DNA of 63,223 nt, counting the filler. It is 4 parts of 4 records of this genome, joined end to end, with 100 filler letters (N's around TTAATTAATTAA, not from the genome) between each part and the next. Parts side by side here need not be neighbours in the genome. Positions count along the whole stretch, not along the records: positions 32,226 to 51,655 come from SRR31147125_17271; positions 51,756 to 63,223 come from SRR31147125_17334; 2 more parts are not named here. One strand, 5' to 3'. The notes beneath the pieces are model-generated. The model was not told the origin of the DNA and made no database searches. It was given only the letters and a program-made list of their open reading frames with translations. Positions 42,922 through 52,132 of this stretch are shown piece after piece. The number at the start of each line of letters is the position of its first letter. Position 1 is the stretch's first letter. The position numbers were made by a program, and so were the translations under genes.

Positions 42922-43944
42922 ATGAAAAAAATAATTTCTATACTGTTTTATGTATTGCTGGCGGTTTTATTGATAGTAAATGCCTTTACTTTAAGTATGA
43001 AAAGTGATGTGATTAAATCCTCTGTTGTAAATAGGCTTATTGACAGCAGTGGTGTTTATAACACCATATATCAAGAATTTGAGAAAGAAGGAAGAAAGAA
43101 AGCAGAACTTGTAGTAGCGGATAATGGGCTGAATCCAGAGCTCAGTGAATGGATGTGGAACAATATAAGTGAGGTTTTCACTCAAAACTATGTTGAGAAT
43201 TTAACTAGAATAAATATGGAAGCTATAGTGGGTTATGTTTTGGGCGAAAGAGATGAGCTTGCAACCTTTAATCTTATACCAAAGTATGCAGAACTTATGG
43301 ACGTAACAGCAGATAATCTTGATTCGGATGTTATAGCTGAAGTGCTTGAAATTAGCGATGAAAACCTAATAAAAGCTTTGGATCTGCTTGATGAGAAGGC
43401 TGGATATGAAAAAATAAAAAAGCAGGCTGTTAAAATTATTTTTGAGAGCACGGATAAGATTAAAGCTCCGTTTTTAGCGACAACAACAGAACAATTGCTG
43501 GGGGTTGTTGGGCAAGAAAAACAGCTAGAAAACATACATGATGCAAGATTAGAGGTTCAAAAGTTTAGAAGATATGTCTCTGGTCTTTTGATTGTTACAA
43601 TTGTGCTTTTACTGGCTCTGCTTATTTCGGGTATAACTAAAATAAATAGATCTTTAAACAGACTTTGGGTCACATTTGCAATTTCTGGCACAATAGTATT
43701 AATTTCTGGCTTAGCTATCGGTTTTTTTGAAATAAACGTTATACAATTTATTAATGAAAACATCATGAATATAGGACTTAAAAGCAATCAGTCAGCAATT
43801 GCGGATGTTTTGTATATTGTAGCTTATAGCAGTATGAAGATTGGCGTTGTGTATATTCTAATAGCAGCGGTTTTCTTGATAGCCACATTTGTATTTAAAA
43901 AAGAAAACAAAAAGATATATAGTAACAAAGGCTTCTATAATTAA
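42922..43944 (+). CDS. Hypothetical membrane protein
   Basis: N-terminal TM, large soluble domain, three C-terminal TMs. Confidence 0.65.
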   Translation: MKKIISILFYVLLAVLLIVNAFTLSMKSDVIKSSVVNRLIDSSGVYNTIYQEFEKEGRKKAELVVADNGLNPELSEWMWNNISEVFTQNYVENLTRINMEAIVGYVLGERDELATFNLIPKYAELMDVTADNLDSDVIAEVLEISDENLIKALDLLDEKAGYEKIKKQAVKIIFESTDKIKAPFLATTTEQLLGVVGQEKQLENIHDARLEVQKFRRYVSGLLIVTIVLLLALLISGITKINRSLNRLWVTFAISGTIVLISGLAIGFFEINVIQFINENIMNIGLKSNQSAIADVLYIVAYSSMKIGVVYILIAAVFLIATFVFKKENKKIYSNKGFYN

Positions 43945-43952
43945 AAACTATT

Positions 43953-43987
43953 AGTCATGCTACTTGTTTATGTAGCATGACTTTTTT
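43953..43987 (+). terminator. Intrinsic terminator
   Basis: AGTCATGCTAC/GTAGCATGACT stem plus T run between convergent genes. Confidence 0.8.
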
Positions 43988-43995
43988 GTATATAA

Positions 43996-44787
43996 CTATT
44001 CGCAAGGTTTTGCGTGGACAAAGAGGCGACCATTATCGTAACTATAATCACATGTTATAAGCGTCAAGATGCAATTTACATCTTTAACATCGGTGTCCAT
44101 ATTGACTTTGCTTTTTTCCACAAGCTGTTCTAGATATTTGTCAAATCCATCTGGATATTGCGTATCGTTTCCTATACAGCCATTGCTTGCATCTTCGGTA
44201 TATACAGAAAAAACTTCCCACTTTAAATCTTCGGCTAAAGTATCAAACTCTATGATATTATGCTCCTTTGCATAATCTTCTTTTACGTAGTACCTTAAAT
44301 TATGAAACATAGTACCCGCTTTCATATTATGACCGTATAAAACGATGTTTCCCTCAAGTTTATCAGAAAGCTTTTTTGCATCACTATCTTTATCCATAAA
44401 AATTGCGCCGCTCTTGGATTCTTTCTTGTCATAATCTTTATCAAGATAAAAATCATTATCTTCTGCTTGAACAACAAGATAATCTATATTTGTATCATCT
44501 ATCTTAACTTTTCCAACCACATCAGGATACTCTTTTAAAATATCATCATATTTCTGCGATATTTCAAATTTCTTTTGCTGCGGTAAAGCTGTAGGTGTAG
44601 TTATTATAGGAACTATTTCCTCTTCTTTTTCTTCTATTTTATAGGTGAGTTCTTTAGCTGTTGCTTCCTCGGCTTTTCGCTCTTGCAGGCCTTTAAAATA
44701 TGGTATAATATTAGTGGTTAATCCAATTACTACGATAATACAATATGCCATTATTGCAATTAGTATTGCTGTTTTTTTCCTTGTCAT
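43996..44787 (-). CDS. srtB: Class B sortase
   Basis: DNDFYL, GAIFMD, LYGHNM..GTMF, LTLITC, GRLFVHA; N-terminal TM. Confidence 0.9.
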   Translation of the reverse strand: MTRKKTAILIAIMAYCIIVVIGLTTNIIPYFKGLQERKAEEATAKELTYKIEEKEEEIVPIITTPTALPQQKKFEISQKYDDILKEYPDVVGKVKIDDTNIDYLVVQAEDNDFYLDKDYDKKESKSGAIFMDKDSDAKKLSDKLEGNIVLYGHNMKAGTMFHNLRYYVKEDYAKEHNIIEFDTLAEDLKWEVFSVYTEDASNGCIGNDTQYPDGFDKYLEQLVEKSKVNMDTDVKDVNCILTLITCDYSYDNGRLFVHAKPCE

Positions 44788-44977
44788 TTGGTTATTTCTC
44801 CTTCGAAATTATAATTTACAGTATTGATTATTTCACTTGTTGTAAAATTTAAACAAATATTTGTTGTATATATTTATATATTCATTTGACTTAAGAGCCT
44901 ATTAATAATAATATAGATTAAAGTGGGTTGATATGCGCATTTTATTAATAAAAAAAGGACAAAGGATTTTAAATATA

Positions 44978-45289
44978 ATGGATAAAGAATACTTTGACAT
45001 CGCTTCAAATGTAAAAATGATAGAGATATTAAAATCAGAGATGTTGAATTCTTGTTCGGATGTTTTTAGTGGGTTGATCTATAATGAGGATAAAGATGAG
45101 CTTACATCTAGCTTTTCATCACTAATTCTACTTTCATATATTTTAGCTAAAAGATGTGGAATCCCTTTTTCGGATATTGATAATGGGATTATTGAAAAGG
45201 CAAAACTAGGAATAATAGATGAACATAAATTAGAAAAAGTATATAAGGATTTATCCAGCATTAAGAAGTACATTGGAGAGAGGAAATAG
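44978..45289 (+). CDS. MazG-like family protein
   Basis: FDIASNVKMIEILKSEML..SYILAKRCG..HKLE; sits upstream of DUF2232-gdpP-rplI as in Clostridia. Confidence 0.7.
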   Translation: MDKEYFDIASNVKMIEILKSEMLNSCSDVFSGLIYNEDKDELTSSFSSLILLSYILAKRCGIPFSDIDNGIIEKAKLGIIDEHKLEKVYKDLSSIKKYIGERK

Positions 45290-45298
45290 AAAAATAAA

Positions 45299-46302
45299 AT
45301 GAAACAAAGTAATAATAAAGGACTTGTTATAAGTCTTGTTACACTAGCGATTACCGGAGTTATTAGCGCGATAATACCTATGGCAATTGTGCTTGTACCA
45401 ATAACAGTTTCGATTCTATATATTAGATACGATTTAAAATGGGCAATTGCAGGATATTTGATTTTTTTGATCTTTTGTGTGTTGCTTGCAAATCAATTTA
45501 TCGCAGTGTTATTTGTATGCTTAACCTTACCAGTAAGTATATGTACCGCATACTTTATTAAAACAAAAGTAAGAATGAAAACCAGCGTTATTGCAAGTAT
45601 GGGAAGCGTATTTTTAGGCTTTGTTATATATATTGTGTTTATATCGGTTACTCAAGGAATGAATATTACACAATTTATTTTAAGCATTTTAAACGAATTT
45701 ATGGCGCTAGAAGACAGAATTGCGCAGGATATATATATATTGATTAGTGATGCAAATGCATATTTAGAATATTATATAAGTGGAGTTCTTCCAGAAGCGT
45801 ATATGGACGTAAGTATTGAATCTATGAGGAATTATATATCCGATACGGCGTTTAATGCAATAAATGCAGGTTTACCAAGTGTTATAGTTGTTTACTCTTT
45901 GCTTGGTGGCTTTTTAAGCTATTATTTTGCTTGTGCAAGATTAAAAAAGCATGGTGAAGATGTTGTACAAATGCAACCTTTTGAAATGCTTGTTATTCCA
46001 AGATCAGAGATCAATGCGATATTTATTATGGCTCTTGTATCAATAATATTCTCGTTTATGGGATTAGAAATATTTGGATACGCTTCAAATGTTTTTTTAG
46101 CAGCCTTCATGGTGGTGTTTGGAATTCAAGGTTATAGTGTCATATACTTTTACTACAAGAAAAAGTATACCCGATGATTGTATGTATTTTACTCTTAATT
46201 GCTGCGACATTAGCAGGGTTTGCTTATTGGGTTGGCTTTTTTGATAATATCTTTAAACTAAGAATGCGTTATATCATTGGAAATTCAAAGGGTGGTGAGT
46301 GA
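45299..46302 (+). CDS. DUF2232/YybS-like membrane protein, 1-nt frameshift at 46160-46164
   Basis: Polytopic; IQGYSVI; C-terminal GFFDNIFKLR in another frame, ending in a GTGA overlap with gdpP. Confidence 0.78.
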
Positions 46303-48247
46303 AATTGAAGAAAAGATTATTGAATAAAGCTATTATACATAAAATCTTTTTAATAATGATTACGGCTGGTATTTGCGCCGCAATAATTAAGTATTACGAT
46401 TATATATATGCGCTTTATATTATAATTGCAATTGCTCTTTTGGCGTTGGTATCGTATCTTTTTAATATATACAACACAGAAAGATGGTTGTTTATATCTA
46501 ATAAAGTTTTAAAAAATCTAGATACAGAGCTTTCTACTTACGTTGATACATTTAATATACCTACAGCAATTACTAACAAAAATGGTGTTATAAAATGGCA
46601 AAGTCCAAGCTTTGTTAGTGCTTTAAATAGAAGCGCAACTAATATGAAGATATCCTCTGTTATCAAAAATATTGATAAGCCAGTTAAAGATAGGCTGGTT
46701 GCTATTGGGGATAAAGAGTATACTAAAGAGGTTTATTCGCAAAATTTAGATGGAAGAATATATAAAGTATATAGACTTGTTGATAAAAAAACTAACGTTG
46801 TAACATCAGATATATACAGACAGCATTTATGCGTTGTTGGTATCATTCAAGTGGATAATTTTTATGATATATCATCTATTAAAGGTAGTATATCAAAAGC
46901 AGAAGTTACACTTAGCATAGAAAAAGAATTAAATGAATATATTGCGCCTATTAATGGATTTTTACAAAAGACTGATGCAGATAAATATTTGGTTGTTTTT
47001 GAAAGAAGATATTTAGCAGGGCTTATACATTCTAAATTCAGTATATTGGATAAAGTTTCTAGCATTGATATTGATGGAGCTAAACCTACGATAAGTATAG
47101 CTATTGGTGTAAGTGACAGCGTCGACCAATCTTACACTTCGGCGCAAAAGGCGATGGAGTTTGCTATTGGTCGTGGCGGTAACCAAGCGGTAGTTAAAAG
47201 AAAAGATAAACTGAGCTTTTTGGAGGACCAAAGGGCAACATAGTTAGATCCACGAAAGTAAAGTCGAGAATAGTAGCAAAGAACTTAAGAACCTTAATGC
47301 AGCAAAGTGACAAAGTTATCATTATGGGGCATAAAACTCCTGACTTTGATTGTTTAGGCTCTGCTCTTGGTATTGCATGTTGTGCAAGGTCGCTTCACAA
47401 AAAGACTTATCTTGTTATAGAACCTCCAACAGCTTCGTTGGATGATTTTATCCAAGAAACAAGGAACAAAGAAGAGTATAGAGATGTTATCGTTTCTTCA
47501 AGCGATGCACTTATGCATATAACACCTTCTTCTCTTGTAATTGTAGTAGATACGCAAGTAGAAACCTTAGCAGCTTCTACCGAAATTGTTAAACTTTCGG
47601 AAAACACAGTGGTAATAGATCATCATTTAAGGGGAAGAAACAACATAAAAGATGCTACGCTATATTATCATGAACCGTTTGCATCTTCTACATCAGAACT
47701 TGTAGCAGAGATAATACAATATTTTGGAGACACAACAAGCCTTTTACAGATAGAGGCTGAAGCTCTTTTATCTGGTATAATAGTTGATACCAAAAACTTT
47801 TCGTTTAAGACAGGTGTTAGAACTTTTGAAGCGGCATCGTTTTTAAGAAAGTATGGGGCAGACACAACGGTTGTTAAAAAGCACTTTAAGGATGATTATA
47901 CTACATTTATTGCGAAAGCTGATGTTGTTAAGAGCAGACAGATAATATTTGATGATATTGCTTTGGCAATATGTCAAAAAGGAATGGATAATGCAAGGTT
48001 AGTTGCTGCTCAATCTGCGGATGCTTTGGTTACTATTAAAGGTATCAATACGTCGTACGTTTTCTCTTATTTAGGAGATGATATATTAATAAGCGGAAGA
48101 AGCATAGAAGGGCAAAACGTTCAGCTTGTGCTTGAAAGAATCGGAGGAGGAGGCCATTCTACTATTGCTGCGGCAAGGCTGAGTGGTATGAGCTTTGATC
48201 AAGCAAAAGAGAAGCTCATTGAATCTATAAAAAAAGAATTAGATTAG
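46299..48247 (+). CDS. gdpP: c-di-AMP phosphodiesterase GdpP (TM, degenerate GGDEF, DHH/DHHA1), 1-nt frameshift at 47217-47221
   Basis: GRGGNQAVV, MGHKTPDFD, IDHH, TGVRTFEAA, GGGGH; one more T gives FFGG..TKVKSR. Confidence 0.92.
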
Positions 48248-48333
48248 AATGCTATAAAGATTATTACGTTGCTTGTTAATTAGATAATACGCAAGTTCGA
48301 TAATCAAATTTTCGAAAGGATGGATAAGTAAAA

Positions 48334-48780
48334 GTGAAAGTTATATTATTAAAAGATGTTAAAACAAAAGGAAAAAAAGGGGATATAATAAATGTATCCG
48401 ATGGATATGCTAATAACTTTTTGTTGAAAAAAGGTTTAGCAAAGTTTGCAACGCCTGAGAGTATAGAAGAAGTTGAAAAGATAAAAGAAGAGGAAGCAAA
48501 GAAAAAACAAGAGGAATTAGATGAGGCAAAAGCTCTTGCTAAAGATATGGAAGGTAAAACAGTAAAAATCTCTGTTAAAACTGGAGAGAATAACAAGCTG
48601 TTTGGATCCATAACATCAAAAGAGATTGCTAAAAGCTTAAAAGATGAGCACGGATATGATATTGACAAAAAGAAAATTGTTTTAAAAGAGAGCATAAAAG
48701 AATTAGGAACATATAATGCACAAGTAAAAGTGTATCCAAATATTAGCTCAGAGATTTTTGTTATAGTGAGTCCTAAATAA
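48334..48780 (+). CDS. rplI: 50S ribosomal protein L9
   Basis: [29 protein letters not shown]. Confidence 0.97.
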   Translation: MKVILLKDVKTKGKKGDIINVSDGYANNFLLKKGLAKFATPESIEEVEKIKEEEAKKKQEELDEAKALAKDMEGKTVKISVKTGENNKLFGSITSKEIAKSLKDEHGYDIDKKKIVLKESIKELGTYNAQVKVYPNISSEIFVIVSPK

Positions 48781-48797
48781 TATAATTTGAGGGAAAA

Positions 48798-50163
48798 ATG
48801 GCAGTTGAAAACATAGGAAAAACACCGCCTCATAGCATTGAAGCCGAGAGGGCGGTTATTGGTTGTATACTTTTAAACGAAAAGGCTGCATATGTTTGCT
48901 TAGAAGAATTACAATCATCAGATTTTTACAGACCTAACCATGCACTTATTTTTGAATGCATAGGTGAGCTTATTGTTGAATCAAGTCCTGTGGATTTGAT
49001 TTCTGTTACCGATAAATTAAACGTAAAAAACAAATATAATAACACAGAAGACATTAGATACTTGTCAGAGATGACACATATTATTCCAACAGTTGAGAAT
49101 TTGCAGTCATATATCGATATTATTAAACAAAAAAGTATTTTAAGGCAGCTAGCAGAGGCTTCTTATAATATTATACATGACGTTTATGATGGAGATGAGG
49201 TTGCGGTTGAAACAATACTCAATAAAGCAGGAGATATGGTTTATCAGATTGCAACGGATGAGAGCAATAATGGTCTTGAACATGTTTCTAAGCTTTTGGA
49301 GCAAAGCTATAAGGTTTTGGCAGACCAAGCCGAAAACAAAGGCGGACTCTTGGGTGTTTCTGCGGGTTTTACTAAAATGGACAATATGCTTTCGGGTTTA
49401 CAAAAGGACCAGCTAATCATTGTTGCTGGAAGGCCTGGTATGGGTAAAACCAGTTTTGGCTTAAATGTAGTACAACACGTAGCACTTTCAGAACAAAAGA
49501 CAGTTGCTGTTTTTTCTCTTGAAATGAGCAAAGAACAGCTTATTACAAGGATGATGTGCGCAGAAGCCAAAGTTGATTCTCAAAATGCGAGAACAGGAAA
49601 CTTAACACCTGATGATTTCATGAAGCTTGCTGATGCTGCTGAAAGATTAAATGATGCTAAGTTATATGTTGATGATACTCCGGGAATAAATATGGTTGAG
49701 ATTATGGCAAAACTTAGACGTATGAAGCTGGAGCATGGACTTGCTTTGGTTATGATAGATTATTTACAACTGATGCACTCTGCAAAGCGTATTGACAACA
49801 GACAACAAGAGGTATCGGAGATTACAAGAAGCGTTAAGCTTTTTGGCAAAAGAACTCAGTGTCCCTGTTATACTTTTGTCTCAGCTTTCTCGTGCGTCCG
49901 AAAAACGGAATAAAGATGAAAAAATGCCAATGCTTTCAGATTTGCGTGAATCTGGATCTATCGAGCAAGATGCCGATGTAGTATTGTTTATTCATAGAGA
50001 TTCATATTATGATGAAACCGCAAACGAAAGTACTGCGATAGTTAAAATTGCGAAACAGAGAAGTGGACCTACTGGCAATATAGATATGATTTGGAATGGA
50101 GAGTATACTAGGTTTGAAGAGGACACAGGTGCAGCTCCTATTTCTGAATATGATGGTGGCTAA
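48798..50163 (+). CDS. dnaB: Replicative DNA helicase (DnaB family), 1-nt frameshift at 49840-49844
   Basis: PPHSIEAE, AGRPGMGKT, FSLEMS, IDYLQLM; second frame LSQLSR, SDLRESGSIEQDAD, AKQRSGP. Confidence 0.95.
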
Positions 50164-50243
50164 GCAAATTTAGTGGATTTGTATTATGTTTTTTGCGCTT
50201 TAAATATAAAGTTTATTACTTTGAAAGGATTTATCTAAAATAT

Positions 50244-50705
50244 ATGGTTACAAACAAATGGATTGAAAATGGCGAAGATTATTCTGAAGCTCTAGATATA
50301 CGCGAAAAAGTGTTTATTAAAGAGCAAGGATGCTCAGAGGATATAGAAAGAGATGAATATGACAAAACAGCTATTCATCTTGTTTTATATGATGAGGATG
50401 CTCCAGTTGGGTGCGGAAGAATTGTTAATATGGGCGATTATTTTAAGATTGGAAGAATTGCTGTTTTAAAGGAGCAAAGAGGGAAATATTTTGGAGACCT
50501 TATAGTTAGGCTTTTGCTATTTAAATCTTTTAGTATGTCAGCACCAGAGGTAAAGCTTGGGGCTCAAGTTCAGGCAATTGATTTTTATAAGAAGTTTGGG
50601 TTCGAAAGCTATGGTGAAAATTATTTTGAGGCGGGAATAGAGCACACGCCAATGCATGTTTTTGTAGAGACTGTAAAATACCCAAGTGGTTGTGGGTGTA
50701 AATAA
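50244..50705 (+). CDS. GNAT N-acetyltransferase (ElaA/YjcF-like)
   Basis: IREKVFIKEQG, KIGRIAVLKEQRG, AQVQAIDFYKKFGF, EAGIEH. Confidence 0.88.
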   Translation: MVTNKWIENGEDYSEALDIREKVFIKEQGCSEDIERDEYDKTAIHLVLYDEDAPVGCGRIVNMGDYFKIGRIAVLKEQRGKYFGDLIVRLLLFKSFSMSAPEVKLGAQVQAIDFYKKFGFESYGENYFEAGIEHTPMHVFVETVKYPSGCGCK

Positions 50706-50718
50706 GGGGAGGTAAGCT

Positions 50719-51294
50719 TTGAAGATACTAAAAGATAGGATTAGAAAAGATGGTAAGGCACTTTCGGATAAAGTTTTGAAAGTGGATTCGTTTGTTAATC
50801 ACCAAATTGATGCCGGTTTGATGAATGAGATTGGTAAAGAGTTTGCGCAGTATTTTAAGGACAAAGGCTGTACTAAAATCTTGACAATAGAAGCATCGGG
50901 TATAGCTATGGCGGTTATGACGGGTTTTCATATGAAATTACCAGTTATATTTGCAAAAAAGCATGAGGCGCTAAATTTAGAAGGAGATTTATACACATCA
51001 AAAGTGTTTTCTTTTACTAAAAACAAAGAATATATAATAAAAGTTTCGAAATCTTATATCAATAAAGAAGATAAAGTTTTGATCATAGATGATTTTTTGG
51101 CTAATGGAAAAGCTGCTATGGGGCTTTGTGACATAGTAAATGAGGCGGGAGCGGAAGTTTCTGGTATCGGTATAGTGATCGAAAAAGATTTCCAAGAGGG
51201 TGGGGATCTTTTAAGAGGCAAAGGTTATGATGTTAACTCTTTAGCAATAATAAAAAGCCTTAAAGAGGGCGTTGTTGAGTTTAAAGAGGTTTAA
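50719..51294 (+). CDS. xpt: Xanthine phosphoribosyltransferase
   Basis: LKVDSFVNHQID, TIEASGI, IIDDFLANG, IEKDFQ. Confidence 0.95.
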   Translation: MKILKDRIRKDGKALSDKVLKVDSFVNHQIDAGLMNEIGKEFAQYFKDKGCTKILTIEASGIAMAVMTGFHMKLPVIFAKKHEALNLEGDLYTSKVFSFTKNKEYIIKVSKSYINKEDKVLIIDDFLANGKAAMGLCDIVNEAGAEVSGIGIVIEKDFQEGGDLLRGKGYDVNSLAIIKSLKEGVVEFKEV

Positions 51295-51305
51295 TAGAGA
51301 ATAAG

Positions 51306-51385
51306 CATTGTAAAAATAATTTACAATGTAAAAATTAACACGAGAAATGTAAAATTTACACTTGATAATTTACAATGTAAATTAT
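51306..51385. promoter_or_regulatory. Cluster of TTTACA/TGTAAA palindromes over the trmL promoter
   Basis: ATAATTTACAATGTAAA at 51316 and 51365, TGTAAAATTTACA at 51348; TATAAT at 51385-51390. Confidence 0.5.
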
Positions 51386-51423
51386 ATAATCGTTCTGTTG
51401 AGCAAAGAATTAGGGGGAACGCT

Positions 51424-51655
51424 ATGAGTTTTAATGTTGTTTTGGTTGAACCAGAGATACCACAAAACACTGGTAATATAGCTAGAACATGTGTAGTTAC
51501 CGGAGCTAAGCTTCACCTAATAAAGCCGCTAGGATTCGATCTTGATGAAAAGGCGGCAAGACGAGCTGGCATGGATTATTGGAAGCATGCTGATGTTAAA
51601 GTATATGAGAATCTTGATGAGTTTTTTGAAATAAACAAGAATCCCAGATTCTTTT
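51424..51655 (+). CDS. trmL: tRNA (cytidine(34)-2'-O)-methyltransferase, 3' truncated
   Basis: [35 protein letters not shown]. Confidence 0.93.
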
Positions 51656-51755
51656 NNNNNNNNNNNNNNNNNNNNNNNNNNNNNNNNNNNNNNNNNNNNT
51701 TAATTAATTAANNNNNNNNNNNNNNNNNNNNNNNNNNNNNNNNNNNNNNNNNNNN
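51656..51755. other. Artificial contig linker
   Basis: N44-TTAATTAATTAA-N44. Confidence 0.99.
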
Positions 51756-51872
51756 CCTGAAAAGATCCTAAATCCCGAGGGTGAAATCTTTGGTGTAACG
51801 CCTGTTGAACTTGAGGTGTTGCCTGGGAAGATTGAGATATTTTATTGCCTGTCAGCCGGAGCCTCGGCGTAG
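51756..51872 (+). CDS. C-terminal fragment of a diacylglycerol/lipid kinase family protein
   Basis: PEKILNPEGEIFGVTPVELEVLPGKIEIF resembles the DGE..G.TP...V.P tail of YegS/DAGK proteins. Confidence 0.55.
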   Translation, partial: PEKILNPEGEIFGVTPVELEVLPGKIEIFYCLSAGASA

Positions 51873-51960
51873 GTTGATGAGACGGAATGACAAAATCTGA
51901 CTGGATAACAGGATGTCATAGATAATATTTAGACAGGATAACACGATAGATAAAGATACA

Positions 51961-52125
51961 ATATTGGACTGCTACGCAGTCCTTTTGTTTTTGAGATAAT
52001 TCTTACCAAATTGGACTACGACGTAGTCTGATAAAAAGCGATCAAGTCTACTATATTGGACTCTAAGGAGTCCAATATAGTAGATAATATCATTTGATAA
52101 ATCAACTCTGTAGGAGTTGAATATT
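51961..52125. repeat. Cluster of four related REP-like hairpins
   Basis: GGACTGCTACGCAGTCC, GACTACGACGTAGTC, CTACTATATTGGACTCTAAGGAGTCCAATATAGTAG, TCAACTCTGTAGGAGTTGA. Confidence 0.75.
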
Positions 52126-52132
52126 ATATTGT

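Noticed and set aside
43996-44787. Sortase B as part of a pilus or heme-uptake locus
   Set aside because: No gene with a C-terminal sorting signal is adjacent in this contig.
49830-49860. Programmed frameshift or intein in the replicative helicase
   Set aside because: Removing one T restores a normal-length helicase; there is no insertion, and similar indels occur across the contig.
44978-50163. MazG-like + DHH phosphodiesterase + helicase as a defence or nucleotide-signalling island
   Set aside because: This is the conserved Firmicutes housekeeping block DUF2232-gdpP-rplI-helicase.
50706-50718. Purine riboswitch before xpt
   Set aside because: The intergenic gap is only 13 nt.
51961-52125. 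CRISPR array
   Set aside because: Units are non-identical and partly inverted, and no cas genes are present; a REP-like cluster fits better.
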